Below are positions 29,107 through 37,981 of a stretch of DNA of 64,000 nucleotides, piece by piece; the stretch's first letter is position 1, and each line of letters opens with the position of its first letter. The notes beneath the pieces are model-generated. The model was given only the letters and a program-made list of their open reading frames with translations. It was not told the DNA's origin and did no database searches. This DNA is from Nitrososphaeria archaeon (GTDB lineage Archaea > Thermoproteota > Nitrososphaeria > Geothermarchaeales > JDFR-13). The stretch covers positions 288,001-352,000 of the forward strand of contig JALWXN010000004.1 in assembly GCA_027078545.1 (NCBI GenBank), in the 5' to 3' direction. The translations under genes were made by a program, and so were the position numbers.

Positions 29107-30355
29107 GGTCGCCCGTGTAGACGCGGTCATCACCTACGACTCCAGGGGTAGGCCCACCCTAGACATCATGATCATATCTAGTAAGGGTAATGTGGGTAGG
29201 TATGCATCGCCCTCCGGGGCTAGTGTCGGGGCCTATGAGGCTCCGCCACTCCCTGAGGGGGGTATCCTAGGGGCTAGGAAGCTGGTGGTGGAGGAGGTTA
29301 ACAGGATTCTCAGGGGTTTTAGATACTCCTCCCAGGAAGAGTTCGACTCCATGCTTAGGAGGATCGATGGGACGGGCCGCTACGAGAGGCTCGGCTCTAT
29401 TGTCAGCCTGGGCCTCTCCTTCGCAGCTGCTGATCTAGCTAGTAGGGAGCTGGGTATACCTATGTATCGATGGCTCAGGGGGCCTGAGAAGCCGGTCTTC
29501 CCAAGGCCGCTCTGCAACGTCCTTGGGGGTGGGAAGCACGCCCTGAACAGGTCTATAGATATCCAGGAGATACTGGTCTCCCCAGTCAACCCCCCATCCT
29601 ATAGGGATGCCTATGTCTCCGCTGTGGAGCTACATAGGGAGGTTGCAAAGGTCCTGGGTGAGAAGGACCACTTCTTCAATGGTGGGCGTAACGATGAGGG
29701 TGCCTGGGTGACCACACTGAGTGATGAGGAGGCCTTCGAGGCTGTCTGGGAGGCTGTGGATAGGGTTAGGAGTGAATTGGGTGTGAAGTTCGCTGTGGGT
29801 GTTGATATGGCTGCTTCATCGATGTGGGATCCTAGTGACAAGCTATACATCTATAGGAGGAACGGGCTATACATGGATAGGGAGGAGCAGATCGAGTATG
29901 TTATAGAGCTGGTTAGGAAGTATAGGCTCTCCTATGTGGAGGACCCGCTCCATGAGGATGACTTCCCCGGCTTCTCACTCCTGGCTAAGAGGCTGGGTAA
30001 GAATGTCCTGGTCGTGGGTGACGATCTATACGTCACCAACCTATCCCGTATCAAGCTGGGTGTATCGGAGAAGGCTGGTAATGGTGTCATTATAAAGCCT
30101 AACCAGGTGGGTGATATCACGCACTCGATGGAGTCTGCTCGTGAGGCTTCCAAAGCAGGTTTCGCTGTCGTGGTGTCACATAGGAGTGGGGAGACCCCGT
30201 ATCCCCATCTTGCCCATCTAGCCCTGGCTGTGGGGGCCGATCTATTCAAGGTCTCCCCTGTATATGGGGAGAGGGTTGTTAAGCATAATGAGCTGGTCAG
30301 GATGGAAGATTTATATGGCTCCGCGGGATTAAAGCCTATGAGGTGGGCTGGTTGA
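29096..30355 (+). CDS. eno: Enolase
   Basis: DSRG.PT, PSGAS.G, DEG, EDP, GDDL, KPNQ.G, SHRSGET. Confidence 0.95.
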   Translation: MEIEVARVDAVITYDSRGRPTLDIMIISSKGNVGRYASPSGASVGAYEAPPLPEGGILGARKLVVEEVNRILRGFRYSSQEEFDSMLRRIDGTGRYERLGSIVSLGLSFAAADLASRELGIPMYRWLRGPEKPVFPRPLCNVLGGGKHALNRSIDIQEILVSPVNPPSYRDAYVSAVELHREVAKVLGEKDHFFNGGRNDEGAWVTTLSDEEAFEAVWEAVDRVRSELGVKFAVGVDMAASSMWDPSDKLYIYRRNGLYMDREEQIEYVIELVRKYRLSYVEDPLHEDDFPGFSLLAKRLGKNVLVVGDDLYVTNLSRIKLGVSEKAGNGVIIKPNQVGDITHSMESAREASKAGFAVVVSHRSGETPYPHLAHLALAVGADLFKVSPVYGERVVKHNELVRMEDLYGSAGLKPMRWAG

Positions 30356-30987
30356 GCGAGGAGGGTCAGGGTCAGGATGTTATTGAGTTGAATAAGGATT
30401 TCCTGATCCAGTACCGTGTACACTTCGGTAGGAATGTGAAGACCAAGTTTAGTGAGAAGTATATATATGGTGTACATCCGAAGGGCTTCTACCTTATAGA
30501 TGTGGATCAGACTATTGAGAGGCTTAAGCTGGCTGCTAGGCTACTCGCCAAGTATAATCCTGAGGACGTCCTTATCCACTCTGCTAGGGACTTCGCCTTC
30601 AAGGGGTTGGAGGAGCTGGGTAAGCTCACAGGCTTCAAGGTGGTTACAGGGCGTTTCCTCCCTGGTACGCTTACTAACTATATGCTTGAGAACCACGTCG
30701 ACACCATGATACTCCTGGTGGTCGACCACACCTTTGATAGGCAGGCCGTAGACGAGGCAGTGAAGATGAAGATCCCCATAATCTCGTTTGTAGACACGAA
30801 CTCCGACGGGTCCTTCATTGACCTGGCCATCCCGGGGAATAACAAGGGTAAGTACTCTATAGCAGCCCTTCTCTGGAGCCTTGGAGTGGTGTATCTTAGG
30901 GAGCGTGGCGTGCTTAGGGAGGATGAAGTGCTGGACATGACTGTCCAGGACTTTATGGTGTCCCCCGAAAATGTACCGGCGGGTTAG
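30343..30987 (+). CDS. rps2: 30S ribosomal protein S2
   Basis: VHFG, GRFLPGTLTN, IPGNNKG. Confidence 0.96.
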   Translation: MGWLSEEGQGQDVIELNKDFLIQYRVHFGRNVKTKFSEKYIYGVHPKGFYLIDVDQTIERLKLAARLLAKYNPEDVLIHSARDFAFKGLEELGKLTGFKVVTGRFLPGTLTNYMLENHVDTMILLVVDHTFDRQAVDEAVKMKIPIISFVDTNSDGSFIDLAIPGNNKGKYSIAALLWSLGVVYLRERGVLREDEVLDMTVQDFMVSPENVPAG

Positions 30988-31843
30988 GAGCCCTGCCGTA
31001 GCGGGTCTATTCTATCCCTCGGAGAGGGAGGAGCTGGAGAGTCTCATCAGGAAGCTATTCCTAGGTGGGAGGGGGCCAGGAGGCTTCTACATAGAGAGGT
31101 TTAGGGGTAGGCGTCTCCTAGGGCTTATACAGCCCCATGCAGGCTATATCTATAGCGGTGAGATAGCGGCCCATGGATATGCAGCCCTCCTCTCGAGTGG
31201 TTTGAGGCGGAGAGTAGTTATTGTGGGGCCGGATCACTATGGCCTAGGTGGTGTGGCCTCGGTATATCCGGGGGACGCCTGGCTTACACCGCTTGGGGAG
31301 GCTCCTATTGACCATGAGGTTGTGGATATACTCCTTGGCCATGGGGGTTATCTATCTCCTGGGGAGGAGGGGCATCTCAAAGAGCATTCCATAGAGGTTC
31401 AGCTACCCATCCTCCAGTACATATATGGGATGGAGGGGGCTGAGCTATTATTCACCCCTGTCTCTATGGGGCTTCAGACGATAAATGTGGCTGAGGATGT
31501 TGCACAGGCGTTGTATAGGGTTTGGGAGAGGCTCGATGGGGAAGTTGTCTTCATAGCCTCTACAGACTTCACCCACTATACCTCTGCGGAGGAGGCTCGT
31601 AGGAGGGATAGCTACTCATTAGAGGCTATATCCTCACTGGACCCGGATGGCTTGATGGACGCCGTCTATAACAAGGGCTCAACCATGTGTGGATATGGCC
31701 CAACAGCGGCCCTTCTATTCCTGGCTAGGATGGTAGGGGATGTTAGGGTGGAGATCCTGAGGTATGGCCATAGTGGCGAGGTGACTGGTGACGACTCTAG
31801 CGTCGTGGCGTATGCATCGATAGCCCTCTGGCTAGGTGGTTAG
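30971..31843 (+). CDS. MEMO1 / AmmeMemoRadiSAM protein B family
   Basis: PAVAG.FYP, PHAGYIYSG, EHSIEVQLP, STDFTHY, MCGYGP. Confidence 0.95.
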   Translation: MYRRVRSPAVAGLFYPSEREELESLIRKLFLGGRGPGGFYIERFRGRRLLGLIQPHAGYIYSGEIAAHGYAALLSSGLRRRVVIVGPDHYGLGGVASVYPGDAWLTPLGEAPIDHEVVDILLGHGGYLSPGEEGHLKEHSIEVQLPILQYIYGMEGAELLFTPVSMGLQTINVAEDVAQALYRVWERLDGEVVFIASTDFTHYTSAEEARRRDSYSLEAISSLDPDGLMDAVYNKGSTMCGYGPTAALLFLARMVGDVRVEILRYGHSGEVTGDDSSVVAYASIALWLGG

Positions 31844-32789
31844 TATGGTAAGTATCTTCGCGAGGACACCCGCGAAGCTGATACTCCTTGGTGAGCACTA
31901 CGTGGTCCATGGCGCCCCAGCGATATCCACGGCTCTAGACATGTTTATATATGGTAGGCTTGACGATGATGGGCAGGGCCTGGTCAGCCTAGCAACTGAC
32001 AGGGGTGTGAAGACTGTTCATTATGGTGTGGCTGCTGACCCGGTGGCTGGTTACTATAGATACCTGCTCGAGTCTCTTGGCGTTGATAGGCCTCCGTCGC
32101 TACACATCGAGTTTGAGTTCCCGGTATCAGCTGGTCTAGGCTCATCTGCATCCCTAGCCGCCCTGATCTACATACTCCTGTATCGATGGCTATACATGAG
32201 GGATCCACCTAGGGAGGAGATCTATAGATATGCCTCGGAGTTCGAGAGGATGATGCATGGTAACCCGTCTGGTATAGACCTGGCGACTGTGGTGGAGGGC
32301 GGGGTCATTCTTTATAGGAGGGATGCTGGGGTGTTGGATAGGATTGTTCCCGGTGAGATGGAGGGCTATGGAATCCTCATAGCCGATACTGGTGTGAGGC
32401 GTTCTACGGGCGAGCTTGTCAGTAGGGTTACCCAGAACCTCGGTGGTCTCCCAAGTGATATTAGGAAAGGCCTGGTCGATACTGTTGACAGTCTCGTGAT
32501 GGAGGCTTGGGGAGCACTTGGTGAGGGGAGGTGGAGGGATCTAGTCGGGTATATCCGTGCAAACCACTATCTCCTCAGGTATGTAGGGGTCTATATCGAC
32601 GCTGCTGATGAGGCGGTTAACAGGCTGGGTATGGAGGGTGTATATGGGGGAAAGGTGACCGGGGCTGGTGGTGGAGGCTGTATCTATGTCTTTGGGGATG
32701 GTAGGGAGCTGGATATAGCTAGGAGGGTTCTGGAGGGGTTCGGATTTAAGACCTATAGGCCGAATATATATCCATACAGCCTCTACTAG
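31836..32789 (+). CDS. mvk: Mevalonate kinase
   Basis: PAKLILLGEH.VVHG, P.SAGLGSSA, HGNPSGID, KVTGAGGGG. Confidence 0.94.
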   Translation: MVSMVSIFARTPAKLILLGEHYVVHGAPAISTALDMFIYGRLDDDGQGLVSLATDRGVKTVHYGVAADPVAGYYRYLLESLGVDRPPSLHIEFEFPVSAGLGSSASLAALIYILLYRWLYMRDPPREEIYRYASEFERMMHGNPSGIDLATVVEGGVILYRRDAGVLDRIVPGEMEGYGILIADTGVRRSTGELVSRVTQNLGGLPSDIRKGLVDTVDSLVMEAWGALGEGRWRDLVGYIRANHYLLRYVGVYIDAADEAVNRLGMEGVYGGKVTGAGGGGCIYVFGDGRELDIARRVLEGFGFKTYRPNIYPYSLY

Positions 32790-32812
32790 CCGTATAGGTG
32801 GGTTGTTGGGAG

Positions 32813-33907
32813 ATGCCCTTTGAGGATGATATAGACCTGGATAGTAGGAAGATGGAGCATATCGATATAGTCCTCCATGAGGATCCGAGCTATAGGAAGA
32901 CCACCTGGTTCGAATATGTACATCTCATCCATATAAGTCTGCCCGAGGCCTCTCTAGACGATGTGGATACGTCTGTCGAGCTGTTTGGGAGGCGGTTTAG
33001 CTATCCGATACTTATCGATAGCATGACTGGGGGCTCCTCTGGGACTGAGAAGATTAATAGGCTTCTCGCCGAGCTTGCACATGAGTATAATGTCCCGGTC
33101 TCATGTGGTAGTCAGAAGGCTATTCTGAAGGATCCTGAGACCCTTAAGACGTATAGGGTTATGAGGGATGTTGGGAGTGATGTGTTCATAATCGGGAATA
33201 TTGGTGGCCAGGACCTACGTGCTGATCCCAGGGGTGTTGCTGAGCAGCTTATATCGTCTATTGAGGCGGATGCACTTGCTATCCATCTAAACCCCCTCCA
33301 GGAGCTTATACAGCCAGGTGGTGAGAGGGACTTCAACAATGTTATGGAGGCTATCCAGGAGGCTGCGTCGTCGCTGGATGTCCCTGTGATTGTTAAGGAG
33401 ACTGGGGCGGGTATTGCTCGGGAGGTGGCCATGGTTCTTGAGAGCCTTGGTGTGGATGCTATCAATGTATCTGGTAGTGGGGGGACGAGCTGGTCAGCTG
33501 TGGAGACTATTAGGAATGAGAGGAGGGGGGATGTGGAGATGGCTAGGATAGGCCGGCTCTTCTGGGACTGGGGAATACCCACAGCGGCCTCCCTCCTAGA
33601 GGTGGTTACCGCTGTGAATATCCCGGTTATTGCCTCTGGTGGGATTAGGAATGGTATAGACATTGTGAAGTCTCTTGTGCTTGGGGCGTCGATGGCTGGC
33701 CTGGCGAGCCCCTTCCTGAAACATATGGATAATGGCTATGAGGGTCTGAAGAGCTTCATGGAGAGCCTGATACTCGAGGTAAAGATGGCTATGCTACTTA
33801 CCGGGTGTGACGATGTAGATACTCTTAAGCGTATCCCCCGTGTGATAACCGGGCCCCTACGTGAGTGGTATCTACAGAGGTGTGTAGCCCGTGGAGACCT
33901 CGAGTAG
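32813..33907 (+). CDS. fni: Type 2 isopentenyl-diphosphate isomerase
   Basis: RK.EHI, MTGG, GSQ, HLNPLQE..QP, KETG.G, GGTSW. Confidence 0.96.
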   Translation: MPFEDDIDLDSRKMEHIDIVLHEDPSYRKTTWFEYVHLIHISLPEASLDDVDTSVELFGRRFSYPILIDSMTGGSSGTEKINRLLAELAHEYNVPVSCGSQKAILKDPETLKTYRVMRDVGSDVFIIGNIGGQDLRADPRGVAEQLISSIEADALAIHLNPLQELIQPGGERDFNNVMEAIQEAASSLDVPVIVKETGAGIAREVAMVLESLGVDAINVSGSGGTSWSAVETIRNERRGDVEMARIGRLFWDWGIPTAASLLEVVTAVNIPVIASGGIRNGIDIVKSLVLGASMAGLASPFLKHMDNGYEGLKSFMESLILEVKMAMLLTGCDDVDTLKRIPRVITGPLREWYLQRCVARGDLE

Positions 33908-34880
33908 GGAGTGGTTCCAACAGAAGTATTCCGAGTATAAGGCGGCTGTGGACAGGTATATAGAGGAGGTGTCTGCCAGGGACGGCCTCCCAGAGGATCT
34001 GAGGTCCTCCTCCTTCCACCTAATCCTATCTGGTGGTAAGCGTATCAGGCCTGTCCTCCTCCTCTCCACCCTTGAGCTGCTTAGTGGTGGGTATGAGGAG
34101 GGCTTACCCGCAGCTGCCTCCGTCGAGCTCCTCCACAACTTCACCCTCATCCATGACGATATCATGGATAGGGATGACTATAGGAGGGGTGTCAAGACGA
34201 CCCATGTACTCTTTGGTGAGTCCCTGGCAATATTGGCTGGTGACTATCTCTTCAGCCTCGTCTTCAGCGAGGTCTCTAGGAACTATGAGGGTGAGACGGC
34301 TAGGATGCTTGTCAAGGTGCTCTCAGAGGCCTCGGAGAAGGTATGTATCGGGCAGACCATGGATATAATGCCGGAGAAGTATGTGAAGAGTGTGGAGGAC
34401 TACTTCGAGATGGTGTATTACAAGACGGGGGCATTGATAGAGGCTTCGATGGTCTCTGGAGCCATAGTGGCTGGTGGCCGTGAGGAGTGGCTCCGGGACT
34501 TTAGGGAGGTGGGGAGGAGGATCGGTATAGCCTTCCAGATCGCTGATGACCTCCTCGGCCTTATAGGCGATCCTAGCAAGACTGGTAAGCCTGTTGGGAA
34601 TGATATTAGGAATGGGAAGAGGACCCTCCCAATACTATATGCCCTTGAGAGGATGGGGAGGGATGAGCTCGACCTATTCAATAGATACTTTGGTAGGGAG
34701 GCTGAGGACTATATTGAGGCTGTGGAGCTGATCAGGAGTAAGGGTGGGATAGAGTATGCCCGCCGGACCATGTATGAATATGCGGGTGAGGCCCTCTCTA
34801 TCCTTGATAAGTATCCCGACTCCTCAGCCAAGAGGTTCCTCTCAGAGCTGATTAGATACATTGTTGATAGGGATAGGTAG
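33891..34880 (+). CDS. Geranylgeranyl-PP / polyprenyl synthase
   Basis: GGKRIRP, LIHDDIMD.D..RRG, KT, FQIADD. Confidence 0.95.
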   Translation: METSSREWFQQKYSEYKAAVDRYIEEVSARDGLPEDLRSSSFHLILSGGKRIRPVLLLSTLELLSGGYEEGLPAAASVELLHNFTLIHDDIMDRDDYRRGVKTTHVLFGESLAILAGDYLFSLVFSEVSRNYEGETARMLVKVLSEASEKVCIGQTMDIMPEKYVKSVEDYFEMVYYKTGALIEASMVSGAIVAGGREEWLRDFREVGRRIGIAFQIADDLLGLIGDPSKTGKPVGNDIRNGKRTLPILYALERMGRDELDLFNRYFGREAEDYIEAVELIRSKGGIEYARRTMYEYAGEALSILDKYPDSSAKRFLSELIRYIVDRDR

Positions 34881-34889
34881 GGGGGAGGG

Positions 34890-36590
34890 ATGGCGGAGAT
34901 AGATCGTGACCTCATCCTGAGGTATGCCGCTAGGAATAGGGTGAAGTTTGGGAAGGCCTCTCCTAAACCGGTACTGGGTAAGGTGATGGCGGAGCATCCA
35001 GAGTATAGAGCCATTGTGAAGGAGGTTATCAAGGAGGTTGAGAAGGCTGTTGAGCAGGTCAATAATATGCCTATGGAGGAGGTCCTGAAGCTAGCCCCTC
35101 CGGAGGAGGTGGAGGGGAGGAAGGAGGCCGCAATACCTAGGCTACCCCCATTGGAGGGTGCTAGAGAGGGGGGTGTGGTCACGAGGTTCGCCCCGAACCC
35201 AGACTTCGTCCTCCACCTGGGCTCGCTGAGACCCCTCATACTCTCCTATGAATATGCTAGGATGTATCGTGGCAGGTTCTACGTCAGGTTTGAGGACACG
35301 GATCCCAAGACGAAGCCTCCAAGGGAGGAGTTCTACAGGGGGATTATGGAGGATATTGAGTGGCTCGGTATTAAGCCTGATGCCTATGTCTATCAGAGTG
35401 ACCGTCTAGAGCTATACTACTCCGTTGCTAAGGCCCTCCTAGCTAGGGGGGAGGCCTATGTATGCCTATGTGGGAGGGATGAGTTTAAGAGGTATGTATC
35501 TGAGTCTAGGCCCTGCCCCCATAGGGACACGTCTCCCGAGGATAATCTCGAGCTATTCGAGAAGATGTTGGCCGGCTTCTTTGGGGAGGGTGAGGCGGTG
35601 CTTAGGATAAAGACTGACCTGGAGCATCCTAACCAGTCTGTCAGGGACTGGGCGGCTATGCGTATAATAGATACGTCTAGATATCCACATCCACGTAAGG
35701 GTAGTAGGTATCTCGTCTGGCCCCTATACAACTTCTCCTGCGCCATCGATGACCACTACATGGGGATTACCCATGTCCTGAGGGGTGCGGAGCATAGGGT
35801 GAATGAGGAGAAGCAGAGGTATGTCTTCGAGGCGATGGGCTGGGAGCCCCCGATATATGTCCATCACGGTAGGGTGGCTATACCGGAGGGGATACTTAGC
35901 AAGTCTAAGATCCTCAGGGGTATTGAGGAGGGGGTCTACACGGGTATCGATGATCCTAGGCTGGCTACTATAGCCGCCTTTAGGAGGAGGGGGTTTAGGC
36001 CGGAGGCCCTCTACAACACCATATTGAAGACGGGGCTCTCATCCTCGATAACCACTATCGACATGTCTATGCTGTATAGTGAGAATAGGCGGTTGATAGA
36101 CCCGGTGTCCAACAGGTACTATGCTGTTAGGATGCCCCTCGAGGTGGAGGCTGAGATTACTGTGGATGAGGCGGTTGTCTCTCTTAGGAGGCATCCAGAC
36201 CATCCTGAGAGGGGGTCTCGAGACTATGTCTTTAGACGGGGGGTCCACAGGCTATATCTAGACTCTGGGGATAGGGATCGGCTGGTATCAGGTATGGTCA
36301 GGCTTATAGGGCTGGGGAACTTCAGGGTTGTGGATGGGAGTAGGCTGGTCATGGTATCCACATCTGTGGAGGAGGCTAAGCGTCTGGGGATACCCTTTAT
36401 ACACTGGGTACCTGTGGATCAGTCGGTAGAGGCTAGGCTCATCTATCCCGAGGGGGTTGTGGAGGGCTATGCCGAGCGATACGTGCTTGACGAGGAGGTT
36501 GGCTCCACGATACAGTTTGAGAGGCTTGGATACTTCAAGATAGAGTCTATGGATGGAGAGGCTGTAACAGTTATATTCACCCATCCATAG
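34890..36590 (+). CDS. gltX: Glutamate-tRNA ligase
   Basis: TRFAPNP...HLGS, RFEDTDP, THVLRG, LSKS, QFERLGY. Confidence 0.97.
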   Translation: MAEIDRDLILRYAARNRVKFGKASPKPVLGKVMAEHPEYRAIVKEVIKEVEKAVEQVNNMPMEEVLKLAPPEEVEGRKEAAIPRLPPLEGAREGGVVTRFAPNPDFVLHLGSLRPLILSYEYARMYRGRFYVRFEDTDPKTKPPREEFYRGIMEDIEWLGIKPDAYVYQSDRLELYYSVAKALLARGEAYVCLCGRDEFKRYVSESRPCPHRDTSPEDNLELFEKMLAGFFGEGEAVLRIKTDLEHPNQSVRDWAAMRIIDTSRYPHPRKGSRYLVWPLYNFSCAIDDHYMGITHVLRGAEHRVNEEKQRYVFEAMGWEPPIYVHHGRVAIPEGILSKSKILRGIEEGVYTGIDDPRLATIAAFRRRGFRPEALYNTILKTGLSSSITTIDMSMLYSENRRLIDPVSNRYYAVRMPLEVEAEITVDEAVVSLRRHPDHPERGSRDYVFRRGVHRLYLDSGDRDRLVSGMVRLIGLGNFRVVDGSRLVMVSTSVEEAKRLGIPFIHWVPVDQSVEARLIYPEGVVEGYAERYVLDEEVGSTIQFERLGYFKIESMDGEAVTVIFTHP

Positions 36591-36648
36591 TAAACTGGTT
36601 TTTAAGGCGGGCTATGGATAAGGTTAATAAGGTGTGGGGGTGAGGCAG

Positions 36649-37029
36649 ATGGCCACGCTACCATTCGAGACGTTCGAGCTTCCAAAGGAGTATCTAGACG
36701 CTGCCTATGAAGCCCTTGAGAAGGCTTTGGAGGTCAAGGGTCTGAAGAGGGGTACGAACGAGACTACCAAGGCTGTTGAGAGGGGCCTCGCCAAGCTGGT
36801 CTACATAGCCCTTGATGTCGACCCGCCCGAGATAGTTGCTCATCTACCGCTGCTATGTAAGGAGAGGAAGGTGCCATACATCTTCGTACCTAGCAAGGCC
36901 GAGCTTGGTAAGAGGGCCGGCCTAGACGTTGCTGCGGCCTCTGTAGCCATTATCGACCCTGGTGAGGGGGCCGACCTGGTCAACGAGATTATAGACTATC
37001 TGAAGAAGAAGGGTTATTTCCAGGGCTGA
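36649..37029 (+). CDS. rpl7ae: 50S ribosomal protein L7Ae
   Basis: [30 protein letters not shown]. Confidence 0.98.
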   Translation: MATLPFETFELPKEYLDAAYEALEKALEVKGLKRGTNETTKAVERGLAKLVYIALDVDPPEIVAHLPLLCKERKVPYIFVPSKAELGKRAGLDVAAASVAIIDPGEGADLVNEIIDYLKKKGYFQG

Positions 37030-37032
37030 TGA

Positions 37033-37260
37033 GTGATGTCTGAGGAGAAGTATAAGATGCGGGAGGACATCACCCCGGCAGAGGTTATACAGATCGTGGG
37101 CCGGACAGGTATGGCTGGTGAGGTGACACAGGTAAGGGTGAAGATCCTGGCTGGGAAGGATAAGGGTAGGGTGATTACTAGGAATGTCCTCGGCCCAGTG
37201 AGGGAAGGCATGATCATAATGCTTAGGGAGACTGAGAGGGAGGCTAGGAAGCTTAAGTAG
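37033..37260 (+). CDS. rps28e: 30S ribosomal protein S28e
   Basis: GRTG..GEV.QV, RNV.GPVR.G, ETEREA. Confidence 0.98.
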   Translation: MMSEEKYKMREDITPAEVIQIVGRTGMAGEVTQVRVKILAGKDKGRVITRNVLGPVREGMIIMLRETEREARKLK

Positions 37261-37268
37261 TGTAGGGG

Positions 37269-37475
37269 GTGTCTCCCATGCCCAGCACACATACCTGCAG
37301 CTTCTGTGGAGCCGAGATCCCGCCTGGTAGGGGAGTGATGTATGTACGTAATAATGGCGTGATCCTCTGGTTCTGTAGCAGGAGATGCAGGGTGAGTATG
37401 CTGGAGTTTGGGCGTGACCCTAGGAAGTTTAAGTGGACAGCCAAGTATGTGAAGGGAGGTATTAGGAGGAGATGA
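37269..37475 (+). CDS. rpl24e: 50S ribosomal protein L24e
   Basis: CSFCG..I.PG.G, FCS.RC, PRK.KWT. Confidence 0.97.
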   Translation: MSPMPSTHTCSFCGAEIPPGRGVMYVRNNGVILWFCSRRCRVSMLEFGRDPRKFKWTAKYVKGGIRRR

Positions 37476-37885
37476 GTGAGAGGACACTGGTCTTCCTGAA
37501 GCCGATAGCCGTTGAGAGGGGCCTGGTGGGGGAGATAATATCTAGGTTTGAGAGGAAGGGCCTGAAGATACTGGCCCTCAAGAGCATCGTTGTGACTAGG
37601 GAGTTGGCGGAGGAGTTCTACTCTGTTCATAGGGGTAAACACTTCTTCGAGGAGCTCGTCTCCAGCCTGGATGGTAGGATGATCGTGGCGATGATTCTTG
37701 AGGGGAGGTCTGCTGTGAAGGTGGTTAGGAAGCTTATAGGGGCTACCGACCCTGTGGAGGCGGAGCCCGGGACTATCAGGGGGGACTATGCCCTCGACAT
37801 TACGGAGAATATGGTGCATGCCTCCGACTCCCCCGAGAGCTTCATCCGTGAGGCTAGGATACTATTCCCGGAGCTCAACCTCTAG
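37472..37885 (+). CDS. ndk: Nucleoside diphosphate kinase
   Basis: ERTLV.LKP, PGTIRGD, N.VHASDS. Confidence 0.97.
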   Translation: MSERTLVFLKPIAVERGLVGEIISRFERKGLKILALKSIVVTRELAEEFYSVHRGKHFFEELVSSLDGRMIVAMILEGRSAVKVVRKLIGATDPVEAEPGTIRGDYALDITENMVHASDSPESFIREARILFPELNL

Positions 37886-37981
37886 CCCTGGGTAGGGACT
37901 AATATATCCTATCCATATACCCCTTTTATCGGGTCCTCTCCTGGAGGGGCCGGCTACACATACTGGGCTAGGGTGCTAGAG

